From Candidatus Rokuibacteriota bacterium (GTDB lineage Bacteria; Methylomirabilota; Methylomirabilia; Rokubacteriales; DASRDR01), in NCBI GenBank assembly GCA_044866005.1, contig JBIOTN010000127.1, positions 1 to 45,635 of the forward strand: a stretch of 45,635 nt of DNA, in the 5' to 3' direction. The position numbers and the translations under genes are program-made. Positions 18,813 through 27,552 of the stretch are shown piece after piece. Position 1 is the stretch's first letter. Each line of letters starts with the position of its first letter. Under the pieces are notes generated by a model. The model saw only the letters and a program-made list of their open reading frames with translations. It made no database searches and had not been told where the DNA came from.

Positions 18813-19025
18813 CCCCCGCAAGAGACGGGCCGACGGCGCTCGCGACCGTCGCTCGGCGGTCGACGGTCCTGCCGTCCCCCGGCTCAGCCCCCGCCCTCGT
18901 CTTCCGGCGGAATCTTCCGCACGAGCCGGACGAGGCCCCAGCCGAGGCCGGCCGTCACCAGGCGGCGGCCGCTTGCCTCCGCCGGGGCTCCGCGGGCATG
19001 CTGGGCGGGACAGGCTAGGGGAGCC

Positions 19026-19739
19026 GTGAGCGAGGGGCCCGTTCGTTCCCCGCGTCGGCCGCCCGGCGGCCGGCGCCGCGCGCCGGCCCGTGTCCGCCGG
19101 CCGGCGGAGACGGGCTGGCTCGACGTCACCCTTCCCATCCACCCCGGCATGGTCGTGTTCGAGGGCGATCCGCCGGTCGAGGTGACGGCCGCGCTGGCCC
19201 TCGACCGCGGCGATCCCGCCAACGTGAGCCGGCTCACGCTCGGCTCTCACACGGGGACCCACGTGGACGCGCCGAGCCACTTCATCGCCGGCGGCGACAC
19301 GCTCGATCGCGTTCCGCTCGAGGCGTTCATGGGTCCGGCGCGCGTCGTGGAGTGGCCGGGCGGGCCGATCGGCCGCGCCGCGCTGGAATCGGCGGGGGCC
19401 CTGGCGGGCGTCGCGCGCGTCCTCTTCCGGACCGGCAACTCGGCGCTCTGGGCGCAGGGCCGTTTCGTGCGGGACTACCAGGCGCTCACCCTCGACGCGG
19501 CGCAGGCGCTCGTCGCCGCCGGCGTGGTCCTGGTGGGCGCCGACTACCTGTCGGTGGAGGCGTTCGGGGCTCGGGGCCACCCCGTTCACCACTGTCTCCT
19601 GGAGGCCGGTGTCGCGATCCTCGAGGGGCTCGACCTCTCGGCCGTCCGGCCGGGTCGGTACGAGCTGCTCTGCCTGCCCCTCCGGCTCCGGGACGGCGAC
19701 GGGGCGCCCGCCCGCGCCCTCCTCCGGCCGCTCCGCTGA
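19026..19739 (+). CDS. Cyclase-family metal-dependent hydrolase (kynurenine formamidase KynB-like)
   Basis: HTGTHVDAPSHF motif, GADYLSVE, ILEGLDL, DGAPARA. Confidence 0.88.
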   Translation: MSEGPVRSPRRPPGGRRRAPARVRRPAETGWLDVTLPIHPGMVVFEGDPPVEVTAALALDRGDPANVSRLTLGSHTGTHVDAPSHFIAGGDTLDRVPLEAFMGPARVVEWPGGPIGRAALESAGALAGVARVLFRTGNSALWAQGRFVRDYQALTLDAAQALVAAGVVLVGADYLSVEAFGARGHPVHHCLLEAGVAILEGLDLSAVRPGRYELLCLPLRLRDGDGAPARALLRPLR

Positions 19740-19740
19740 C

Positions 19741-20520
19741 ATGAGGCGCCGGGCGTTCCTGGCGCTGCTGCTCGGCTCGGCCCTCCTGCCGCGCCGCGCG
19801 GCCGGCGCCGCCGTCGAGCCGCGTCGCGCGACGTACACGGCCGACGTCGGGCTCCTCTACGGCGCGCTGGCCTTCCATCTGGACGGGACCATCGACGAGG
19901 CCATCGACCGCGGGGCGGGGCGATACGAGGTGCGGATCCAGGGCGAGGGCGACGGCATCACCAACCAGGTGACGTCGATCGGCGCGCTACGCGAGGGGCG
20001 CTTCGCGCCGCGGCGGACCAGCGGGCGGTTCGTCGTGCGCGGGCGGGAGTCCCGGTCCGACGTCGTCTACGACGAAACGGGACGGACCGTCGAGTACCAC
20101 TACCGGGGCGAGACCTTCTTCTTCCGGCGCATGCGGGTAGCGGACGACGTGCTGGCCGTCCCCGACGGGGTGCACCTCGACGACGTGATCAGCGCGACGC
20201 TCAACTTCGCCGACGGCCGGTGGCCGCCGCAGCCGGACGGCACGTTCCGCACGCACGTGGTCCGCCGCCGGCGCCCCACGGCGGAAGGGCCGGACGACGT
20301 CCAGCCGATCTACCGCGCGGAGATCGTCCCGCTGGTCCTCACGGTGGACGCCGACCGCCAGACCGGGCGCGCCACGGCCCACTTCGACCTCACCCGCTTC
20401 TCGTCCTGGGCGCGCGAGGACCGGCCCGCGCGCATCGTCTTCGGGCCGCACCGCCGCCCCGAAGCCATCACGTCGTCGCTGATCCTGGGGACCTCGCTGA
20501 CGATCCAGATCGGCGGCTGA
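19741..20520 (+). CDS. Hypothetical exported protein (beta-rich, DUF3108-like), twin-arginine-like signal
   Basis: MRRRAFLALLLG N-terminus; ATG 1 nt after the cyclase stop; GC3-biased codons. Confidence 0.65.
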   Translation: MRRRAFLALLLGSALLPRRAAGAAVEPRRATYTADVGLLYGALAFHLDGTIDEAIDRGAGRYEVRIQGEGDGITNQVTSIGALREGRFAPRRTSGRFVVRGRESRSDVVYDETGRTVEYHYRGETFFFRRMRVADDVLAVPDGVHLDDVISATLNFADGRWPPQPDGTFRTHVVRRRRPTAEGPDDVQPIYRAEIVPLVLTVDADRQTGRATAHFDLTRFSSWAREDRPARIVFGPHRRPEAITSSLILGTSLTIQIGG

Positions 20521-20603
20521 GCGGAGCCCTCCGGGCCGAGCAGGTGCTCTCGCTCCGAACGTCGGCGCGTGTCACCGTGAGACACGCGGTGGGCCGGGGG
20601 GAA

Positions 20604-20688
20604 GCTTCCGAGCGGCGGCTTCGCCGCCGGCCCACCCACCCAGCCCGTAGAGGTTGGGCCATCGGGGGGGGGTTCCGAGACCCCCCGA
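20604..20688 (-). repeat. Full copy of the bipartite intergenic hairpin repeat
   Basis: Minus strand: TCGGGGGGTCTCGGAACCCCCCCCCGAT...CCTCTACGGGCTGGGTGGGTGGGCCGGCGGCGAAGCCGCCGCTCGGAAGC, beginning 5 nt after the stop at 20694. Confidence 0.75.
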
Positions 20689-20693
20689 AAAGA

Positions 20694-23003
20694 CTAGGGG
20701 GACGGGGCCGGCGCGCCGGGCAGGCGGATCGTGAAGGTCGTGCCGCGCCCCGGCTCCGCCTCGACGTCGATCGTGCCGCCGTAGCTCGAGACGATCCCCG
20801 AGACGATCGAGAGGCCCAGCCCCGTGCCGGAGTCCTTCGTGGTGAAGAACGGCTCGAAGATCCGCCGGCGCAGCTCGGGCGGGATCCCCACGCCGGAGTC
20901 GGAGACGGCCAGGACGGCCCAGTCGCCCTCGCGGCGCGTGCCGAGCCGCATGGCGCCGCCGGTCGGCATCGCGTCGACGGCGTTGAGGACCAGGTTCATC
21001 AGCACCTCGCGCAGCTCCGCCCCTCGCGCCCAGACCAGGGGCACCGGCTCGAGGTCCTGGGTGACGGTGATGGCCGCCCCGTGCGCCGCCCCGTGCGCCC
21101 AGCGCGGCCGGGCGATCTCGACGACCTGGCAGGCCACGTCCCGCAGGTCCACCAGCTCCGTCTGCTGATCCGCCTCGCGCCGCGCGTAGCGCTTGATGCG
21201 GCCGACCGTCTCCACCCCGTCCCCGACGGCTTGCTCGATCGTGGAGAGCCCCCGGGCCAGCCGCTCGGGCGTCGGCTCGCTCGCGATGAGCTGCGTGTGC
21301 CCCAGGATCGCCTGCAGCAGGTTGTTGAAATCGTGGGCCATGCCCATGGCGAGCTGGCCGAGCGCGGAGAGCTTTTCCGAGCGCGCCATCTGCTCTTCCC
21401 AGCGCCGCTGCTCGGTCACGTCCTTCGCCACCAGGAGGAAGCCGGCCTCGCCGCGTCCGCCCCCGGGGATGGGGGAGCAGGTCACGGTCAGCTCGAGGCC
21501 GGCGCGGCCGCCGACCTCGCTCCGGACCTGGAGCATGCGGCTCGTCCGCCCGCTCGCCATCGCGGGCTCGAGCTGGGCCATCACGGCCTGCGGCACCGCA
21601 TCCGCGAAGGGGCGCCCGCGGACCTCGGCGAGGGTGCGGCCGAAGACCCGCTCCGCGGAGGGGTTCCAGATCAGGATCCGCCCCTGCAGGTCGAGGGCGA
21701 TGATGGCGTCGGCGGCCGACTCGATCAGGTTGCCGAGGAAGGTATTGGCCTCCGACAGCTCGCGGTGGAGGTTCGCGTTCCGGACGATGAGCGCGACCGA
21801 CTCGGAGAACATGCGGAGCAGCTCGCGCTCGCTCCGGTCCAGGTCGCGCGAGCCACCGTTGGCCTCGACGACGAGGTAGCCGAGGCGCCGCCCCTGCGCG
21901 ACGAGCGGGAAGACGCCGCGGCCGTGCCGGTCCGGCTCGGGTGGGTCCGTCGGCTCGAGCAGCACGGCGACCGTCTGATAGCCGGCCCCGTGCTGGAGCT
22001 GCTCGGTGATCGCCGCGAGCGTCCGGTCGAGGGCCGGATCCTCCAGCACGGCGGTGGAGATCTGCCGGAGGATCTCGCGCTGCACCGCGCGCAGCGACTG
22101 CTCGGTGGCCTGCCGCGCCGCCTCCGCGAGCAGCGTGGACGTGCGGATGGCCGTGACCATGAGGTCCATCACGGGCCGGAGCGGCGCGAGGTCGGCCGGC
22201 GTCCCGCCCGCGGGGCGGATGTGGTAGAGCGCCAGGTGGCCCGCCACGCGGGGGAGCCCCTCGTCGGCCAGCGGCACCACGAGGATCTCGCGCACGTCGA
22301 GGTCGTCGAGCGTCACCGCGCTCGGCCAGGGGAGCGCCCCGTCGCTCCCCCGCCGGAGCCAGACCGGCGCCCGGACGCCCGGCAGCCCGCTCTTCCAGGC
22401 GCTGCCCAGCGCGTCGGCGGCGTCCGGAGGCAGGTCGGCGTGCACCACCGCCGCGGGCTCCGTCCCGAAGAAGGAGGCGGCGGCGGCGCCCGTCGCGCGC
22501 TGGACCTCGCGGAGCATCGCGCGGAGGAGCCCGGCCAGCCCCACCGGCTCCTCGAGCGGATCGCCCCGCTGCGCCAGATCGCGCATCTGCCCGATGAGCT
22601 GGGCCAGCGCGCCCGCCGGCGCGCCCCGGCCCCGTCGCCGGGCGAGCGCGCGGGCGGCGGACTCCTCCAGCTCCTTGGGAGCGAAGGGCTTGAGGAGGTA
22701 GTCCATCGCGCCGAAGCGCATCGCCCGCTGGACGGTGTCGAGCGACGCGTAGGCCGTGATCATGACGACCTCGACCAGGGGGTCGAGCGCCTTGACCCGC
22801 TCCAGCAGCTGGACCCCGTCGATCCGCGGCATCTTGACGTCCATGAAGACGACGTCCGGCTGGATGGCGGCGAGGGAGGTGAGCACCTCCTCGCCGCTCC
22901 CCGCGGTGAAGACGCGGTAGCTCGGCTTGAGGATCATGCGGATGGCCTCGCGCGGCCCCTCCTCGTCGTCGACGACCAGGATGCGCGGCTCGGGATGGGT
23001 CAT
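20694..23003 (-). CDS. Hybrid sensor kinase: REC, GAF-like regions, PAS, HisKA, HATPase
   Basis: Start ATG 23003; ILVVDDE, FMDVKMP, YLLKPF; PAS IWNPSAERVFG; AHDFNNLL; N-box NLVLNAVDA; DSGVG, FFTTK, GTGLGL. Confidence 0.9.
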   Translation of the reverse strand: MTHPEPRILVVDDEEGPREAIRMILKPSYRVFTAGSGEEVLTSLAAIQPDVVFMDVKMPRIDGVQLLERVKALDPLVEVVMITAYASLDTVQRAMRFGAMDYLLKPFAPKELEESAARALARRRGRGAPAGALAQLIGQMRDLAQRGDPLEEPVGLAGLLRAMLREVQRATGAAAASFFGTEPAAVVHADLPPDAADALGSAWKSGLPGVRAPVWLRRGSDGALPWPSAVTLDDLDVREILVVPLADEGLPRVAGHLALYHIRPAGGTPADLAPLRPVMDLMVTAIRTSTLLAEAARQATEQSLRAVQREILRQISTAVLEDPALDRTLAAITEQLQHGAGYQTVAVLLEPTDPPEPDRHGRGVFPLVAQGRRLGYLVVEANGGSRDLDRSERELLRMFSESVALIVRNANLHRELSEANTFLGNLIESAADAIIALDLQGRILIWNPSAERVFGRTLAEVRGRPFADAVPQAVMAQLEPAMASGRTSRMLQVRSEVGGRAGLELTVTCSPIPGGGRGEAGFLLVAKDVTEQRRWEEQMARSEKLSALGQLAMGMAHDFNNLLQAILGHTQLIASEPTPERLARGLSTIEQAVGDGVETVGRIKRYARREADQQTELVDLRDVACQVVEIARPRWAHGAAHGAAITVTQDLEPVPLVWARGAELREVLMNLVLNAVDAMPTGGAMRLGTRREGDWAVLAVSDSGVGIPPELRRRIFEPFFTTKDSGTGLGLSIVSGIVSSYGGTIDVEAEPGRGTTFTIRLPGAPAPSP

Positions 23004-23011
23004 GGCGCCGG

Positions 23012-25039
23012 CTACTGAGAGGTGCGGGGGAGGGTGAGCACGAACCGGATTTCCCCCTCGCCGCCGCCCACGCTGAGGCTGCCGCCGTGCGCCTCGACGA
23101 TCTTCTGGCTGACCGACGGGCCCACGTCGAGCAGTCGCTCGGAGGCGATGGCGAGCGGGCTGAAGAGCCGCTCGCGCTCGGTCACGGAGAGCGTCGCCGG
23201 CTTGCCGACCATCGAGAGGCGCACGCTGCGCGAGTTGTCGGGATCGGGCAGGACGTGGATGGCGAGCCGCCCGTCGGCCGCGACCCGGTCCATCAAGAAG
23301 CGGACGAGGTAGCCGAGGGCCTTCCCCAGCTGGTCGCGGTCGGCCTTGACCACCAGGTCGGTCGCGGGCGCGTAGAGGAGCGCCGTGAGCCGGTCGGGCC
23401 GGTCGGGCGCCTGGAGCAGGAAGATCGTCGCGTCCTGGGAGACGTTCGGCCGCTCGAAGCGGAGCGCGAGGTCTTCCAGCGCGTCGTTGAGGAGATCGCG
23501 CACGTCGCAGAAGTCGACCTTGTACTCGCGCTCGCCGGCCAGGATGATCAGCTTGTCCACGAGCGAGATGAGGTGCTTCGTGTCGCGTCCCACGATCGAG
23601 AAGAACCGCTCGCGAAAGTCGGGGTCGTCGTACCGCTGGGGGAGCAGCTCGAGGAAGGTGTAGATGGAGACGAGCGGGTTCTTGATCTCGTCGGTGAGGC
23701 GGAGCAGGACGCGGTTGAGGAGCTCCAGCGTCTGGCTCGTCTGCCGCTCGCGGTGCAGGAGATGCCGGGGGGCCGGGTCGTCGAAGATCATCACCGCCCC
23801 CGCCGTCGAGCCGCTGGCGCTCAGGATCCGGGACGTCGTCACCTCCAGCGTGAAGGTGGGGCGCCGCGGCAGCGTGACCTCCTCGAGCCGCAGCTCGCGG
23901 CCGCCCCGCGCGGTGTCGAAGAGCAGGTCGCCGAGCGGGGAAGGCAGCGCCCGGAGGTCCTGCCCGAGGACCTGGCTCCGCGGTATGCCCAGGATCTCCT
24001 CCGCCCGCCGATTGAAGAGCGTCACCCGTCCCGAGGCGTCGATGGTGACCGCGCCGCTCTGCAGGTGCGCCAGGACCTGCTCGATGAAGCTGTGCTGCGC
24101 GCGAACCGTGTTGAAGAGCGAGATGTCTTCGACCGCCATCGCCACCTGGCTGGCGAGGGTGAAGAGCCGCTCCAGGTCCTCGCCGGCGTAGGGATGGCCC
24201 GTGACGCGCGGGCCGAGGGCGAGGATGCCGACCAGCTTGGCCTGGACCCAGAGCGGGACGGCGACTTCCCCGCCCAGCACCGCCAGCTCCCGCGCCGCAT
24301 CGAGCCACTCCGGCTCCCGCTCCAGCTCGGCCCGGACGGCGGGGCGCGCGTGGCGTCGGAACCACGCGGGCAGGCCTTCCGCCGGATCGAGGCGGAAGCG
24401 CTCGGCCAGGGCGGGGTCCAGGCCGCGCCGGCCTCGCACGCGGTAGCGGGCCTCGTCGTCCTCGAGGAGGAGCGCGGCGCGCCCCGGACGCACCAGCTCG
24501 GTGATCGCGTCCAGGAAGAAGTCGACGATCCGATCGAGGTCGAAGTGCGCCGCGAGGAGATTGCCCATCTCCTTCAGGACCGTGCCGAGGCTCCCTCCCG
24601 ACGCCCCGTTCGCCGGCGGGGCCGGCGGCCCCGGCTCGTGCCGGACGCGCTCGCGGCGGAGGGAGCGGACCTCCTGGGCGAGCTTCTGGTAGCGGACGGC
24701 CTGCTCGATCGCGGCGCGGACGAGCGGGTCGCCGAGATCGGTCGGGACGACGAGGTCGCAGCGCGCGGGACCCGGGGTCCCCGGCGCCGTGCCGTCGCTG
24801 GCCGAGAGGAGCCCGACCAGGAGCGCGTCGCCGTGCCGGCTGCGCAAGAGCCCCAGCTCGTCCGGGCCGAAGGCGAGCGAGCCGAAGTCCAGGAGGACGA
24901 GGTCCACGAGGAGCGAGCCGCTCCGTGCGAACGCCTGAGGGGACGAGTCGGCCGGCAGGAGCTCGACGCTGCCCGCGAGGAGCCGCGCGAGCCGCGCGGA
25001 CAGCTTCGGGTCGCGGGTGAGGAGAACCGCCGTTCTCAC
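23012..25039 (-). CDS. Pseudo-histidine kinase: degenerate REC, GAF, PAS, HisKA lacking His, degenerate HATPase
   Basis: Start GTG 25039 (GTGA overlap); H-box reads LTDEIKNPL; N and G boxes absent (LGKALGYL, LLDVGPSVSQKIVEAHGG). Confidence 0.85.
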   Translation of the reverse strand: MRTAVLLTRDPKLSARLARLLAGSVELLPADSSPQAFARSGSLLVDLVLLDFGSLAFGPDELGLLRSRHGDALLVGLLSASDGTAPGTPGPARCDLVVPTDLGDPLVRAAIEQAVRYQKLAQEVRSLRRERVRHEPGPPAPPANGASGGSLGTVLKEMGNLLAAHFDLDRIVDFFLDAITELVRPGRAALLLEDDEARYRVRGRRGLDPALAERFRLDPAEGLPAWFRRHARPAVRAELEREPEWLDAARELAVLGGEVAVPLWVQAKLVGILALGPRVTGHPYAGEDLERLFTLASQVAMAVEDISLFNTVRAQHSFIEQVLAHLQSGAVTIDASGRVTLFNRRAEEILGIPRSQVLGQDLRALPSPLGDLLFDTARGGRELRLEEVTLPRRPTFTLEVTTSRILSASGSTAGAVMIFDDPAPRHLLHRERQTSQTLELLNRVLLRLTDEIKNPLVSIYTFLELLPQRYDDPDFRERFFSIVGRDTKHLISLVDKLIILAGEREYKVDFCDVRDLLNDALEDLALRFERPNVSQDATIFLLQAPDRPDRLTALLYAPATDLVVKADRDQLGKALGYLVRFLMDRVAADGRLAIHVLPDPDNSRSVRLSMVGKPATLSVTERERLFSPLAIASERLLDVGPSVSQKIVEAHGGSLSVGGGEGEIRFVLTLPRTSQ

Positions 25040-27543
25040 CGGACCGCCTCCGCCAGGGGCGCCTCCACGAGCGCAGGGAACTGGATCACGAACGCCGTGC
25101 CGATGCCGGCCGGACCGGTCTCCGCCCAGAGGGCGGCGTGGTGGGCGTCCGCGATCCCACGGCAGATGGCGAGCCCGAGCCCGGTGCCCTCGGCCTTCGT
25201 GGTGAAGAACGGCTCGAAGATCCGCACGAGGTCCTCGCGCGGGATGCCGGGTCCGTTGTCGACGACGCGCACGGTGACGAGGCGCCGGCCGCCGCGGCCG
25301 CCCGGCCACGCCGGCGGGCGGCTCCCCGGCCGGTCCCCGTTCATCCGGGCCGACACGCTCAACGTGCCGCCCGTCCCCATCGCCTCCAGCCCGTTGAGGA
25401 AGAGGTTCAGGAACAGCTGCTTGAGCTGGTCTCGCTCGCCGCGGATCGGCGGGAGGTCGGGCTCGATGTCGGCGAGGAGTCGCACGTGCCGGCGATCGGC
25501 CTCGCCCCGGATCAGGTCGAGGGTCTCGCCGATGGGCACCTGGAGGTCCACCGGATGCAGGCGCGCGACCGCCGGGACGGCCAGCGCGCGCAGCCGTCCC
25601 AGCAGCTCCTCGATCCGGTGGATCTCCTTCACCGCGACCTTGGCGAACGTCGAGCGGAACTCCTGGTCGTCGGCGCGCTCCGGCAAGAGCTCGGCGAGCG
25701 TCTTGATGGCGACGAGCGGGTTCCGGATCTCGTGCGCGATGCCGGAGGCCAGCGCGCCCATCGCGGCCAGGCGGTCGGTGCGGCGCTTGTCCTCCTCCAG
25801 CGCCTTCAGCCGCGAGTGGTCGTTGAAGACGGCGATCGCCACCCGCGCGCTGCCGTTCCGATCGTGGAGGACCGAGCTGTGCGCGACCAGAGGAAGCACG
25901 CGGCCGTCGGGGTGGCTCAGGGTGAGCTCGCGCTCGGCATCCTGCCGCCCGAAGAGGCTGTCTTTCAGGATGGCCTGCAGGCCGGCGTCGAGCTGCGACA
26001 CCGGGCGGCCCACGAGGCTGGCGGCGGCCACCCCGGTGATCCGCTCGGCCGCGGCGTTGAACGTGGTCACGATGCCGTCCTCGCGGATCGCGACGACGCC
26101 CGAGTCCATGTGCGCCAGGATCCGCTCGTGGTGCTCCTTGATCGACACGACCTCGTGGTAGAGCTGCGCGTTCTTGAGACCGATGGCGAGCTGGCTGGCG
26201 AGCGTCTCGAGCAGCTCGAAGTCGTCGTTGAAGAAGGGGTCGCCCGACAGCTTGGGACCCGCCAGGACGATCGCGATCAGGTCGGCGTCGCCCCGGACCG
26301 GCACGGCGAGCGCCCCGCGCCACGCGCGCAGGTCGTCGGCGACCGGCTCGAGGGCGGGCGACGGGGCGCGGCGGGCGAGGTCGTCGGCCAGCAGCGAGGT
26401 CGGGCTGGCCCGGAGCTCCGCCACGAGCGGCGAGGCGTCGGTGAGGCTGGCCGCCGGCCACACCGCGGCCGGATCCACGTGGCGGGTGAACGCGGGCTCG
26501 AACGCGCCGCGCTCGCGGTGCCGGATCACGATGGCGAGGCTCTCGAGCTTCAGCGCCTTGCCGATGAGGTCGGCCATCGCCCCCGCCACGCGGTCCGGGT
26601 CGGCCACCGCGCCCATCACGCGCGTCGCCTCGCGGACGACCTGGCGGGCGTCGTAGGCCGGGCGATAGAGATAGCGGTCCGCGAGCTCCTTCATGCGCGG
26701 CGCCAGCGCGACGAAGCACGTGGCGGCGAGCAGGCCCAGCAGCAGGTCGCCGGCCGGCGAGGTGTCTTTCCGCAGCGCGAGCGAGGTGAGAGCGATGCCG
26801 CCGCCGAACACGATTCCCGAGGTGACCAGCCAGCCCGCCACGTACGCGGCCGACCGGCTGACGATGACGCGGATGTCCATCAGCCGGTGCCGGATGATCG
26901 AATGGGCCGTGAATCCCACGACGAACAAGGTGAAGTAAGGCCCGTAGCGGCTGAAGCGCGAGGTGCCGACCAGCAGCGGGATCACGAGATTCGTCGTGGC
27001 CCCGCCCACGCAGGCCAGTCCCGTGCCGAGAAAGAGGTACTGAAGCTGGGCTCGGGCGAACCCGGTCGCGCGGCGGAGCTTCCGCCACAAATGGACGAGC
27101 GCCCAGACGTAGCACGTCGCGAAGTAGAGGCCGAAGAGGAGATGGAGCGGTCCGTAGTGCAGCCGGAACCCGGCCGGCTCCATTCGCACGTCCGCCACGA
27201 TCCAGGGCGAGAAGGCGAGCCCGCAGACGAACAGCCCGGCGAGCGCGATGACGTGCCCGAACCGCCCGCTCGGCAGCGCGGAGTGGGGGAACACCTCGGC
27301 GAAGCGGTAGAAGGTCACGGCGATGAGCGCCGCGGCCGCAAAGGCGGCGCGCGAGAGGATGAGGTTGATCGGGGGGTCCGCAACGAGCGGGAAGGCACCG
27401 TTGACGGCCGCCCATGCGGCGAGCGCTCCGGTATAGGCCGAGAACCACCGGTTGATTCGCCGGCCGGGGTTCCGGGCCCAGACGACCACGGCGAGGCCGA
27501 CCTCGATCAGTGCGAGAGCGAAGAGGCCGACGATGGCGATCAC
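25036..27543 (-). CDS. Membrane sensor histidine kinase: HisKA_7TM-like N-terminus, GAF, PAS, HisKA, HATPase
   Basis: Many N-terminal TM helices (ARNPGRRINRWF...IIRHRLMDI); GPKLSGDPF GAF; AHEIRNPL; NLFLNGLEAM, DNGPG, GTGLGL. Confidence 0.92.
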   Translation of the reverse strand: MIAIVGLFALALIEVGLAVVVWARNPGRRINRWFSAYTGALAAWAAVNGAFPLVADPPINLILSRAAFAAAALIAVTFYRFAEVFPHSALPSGRFGHVIALAGLFVCGLAFSPWIVADVRMEPAGFRLHYGPLHLLFGLYFATCYVWALVHLWRKLRRATGFARAQLQYLFLGTGLACVGGATTNLVIPLLVGTSRFSRYGPYFTLFVVGFTAHSIIRHRLMDIRVIVSRSAAYVAGWLVTSGIVFGGGIALTSLALRKDTSPAGDLLLGLLAATCFVALAPRMKELADRYLYRPAYDARQVVREATRVMGAVADPDRVAGAMADLIGKALKLESLAIVIRHRERGAFEPAFTRHVDPAAVWPAASLTDASPLVAELRASPTSLLADDLARRAPSPALEPVADDLRAWRGALAVPVRGDADLIAIVLAGPKLSGDPFFNDDFELLETLASQLAIGLKNAQLYHEVVSIKEHHERILAHMDSGVVAIREDGIVTTFNAAAERITGVAAASLVGRPVSQLDAGLQAILKDSLFGRQDAERELTLSHPDGRVLPLVAHSSVLHDRNGSARVAIAVFNDHSRLKALEEDKRRTDRLAAMGALASGIAHEIRNPLVAIKTLAELLPERADDQEFRSTFAKVAVKEIHRIEELLGRLRALAVPAVARLHPVDLQVPIGETLDLIRGEADRRHVRLLADIEPDLPPIRGERDQLKQLFLNLFLNGLEAMGTGGTLSVSARMNGDRPGSRPPAWPGGRGGRRLVTVRVVDNGPGIPREDLVRIFEPFFTTKAEGTGLGLAICRGIADAHHAALWAETGPAGIGTAFVIQFPALVEAPLAEAVR

Positions 27544-27552
27544 GGTTCCGCC

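Noticed and set aside
18884..19025. Possible small minus-strand membrane-protein remnant ending LVTAGLGWGLVRLVRKIPPEDEGGG
   Set aside because: No credible start or SD outside the cyclase gene; too short to support.
20661..20692. Rho-independent terminator
   Set aside because: The U-run precedes rather than follows the hairpin on the minus strand; treated as part of the repeat family.
20694..24365. 1223-aa version of the hybrid kinase
   Set aside because: The first 454 codons overlap the pseudokinase in another frame; the REC domain starts at ATG 23003.
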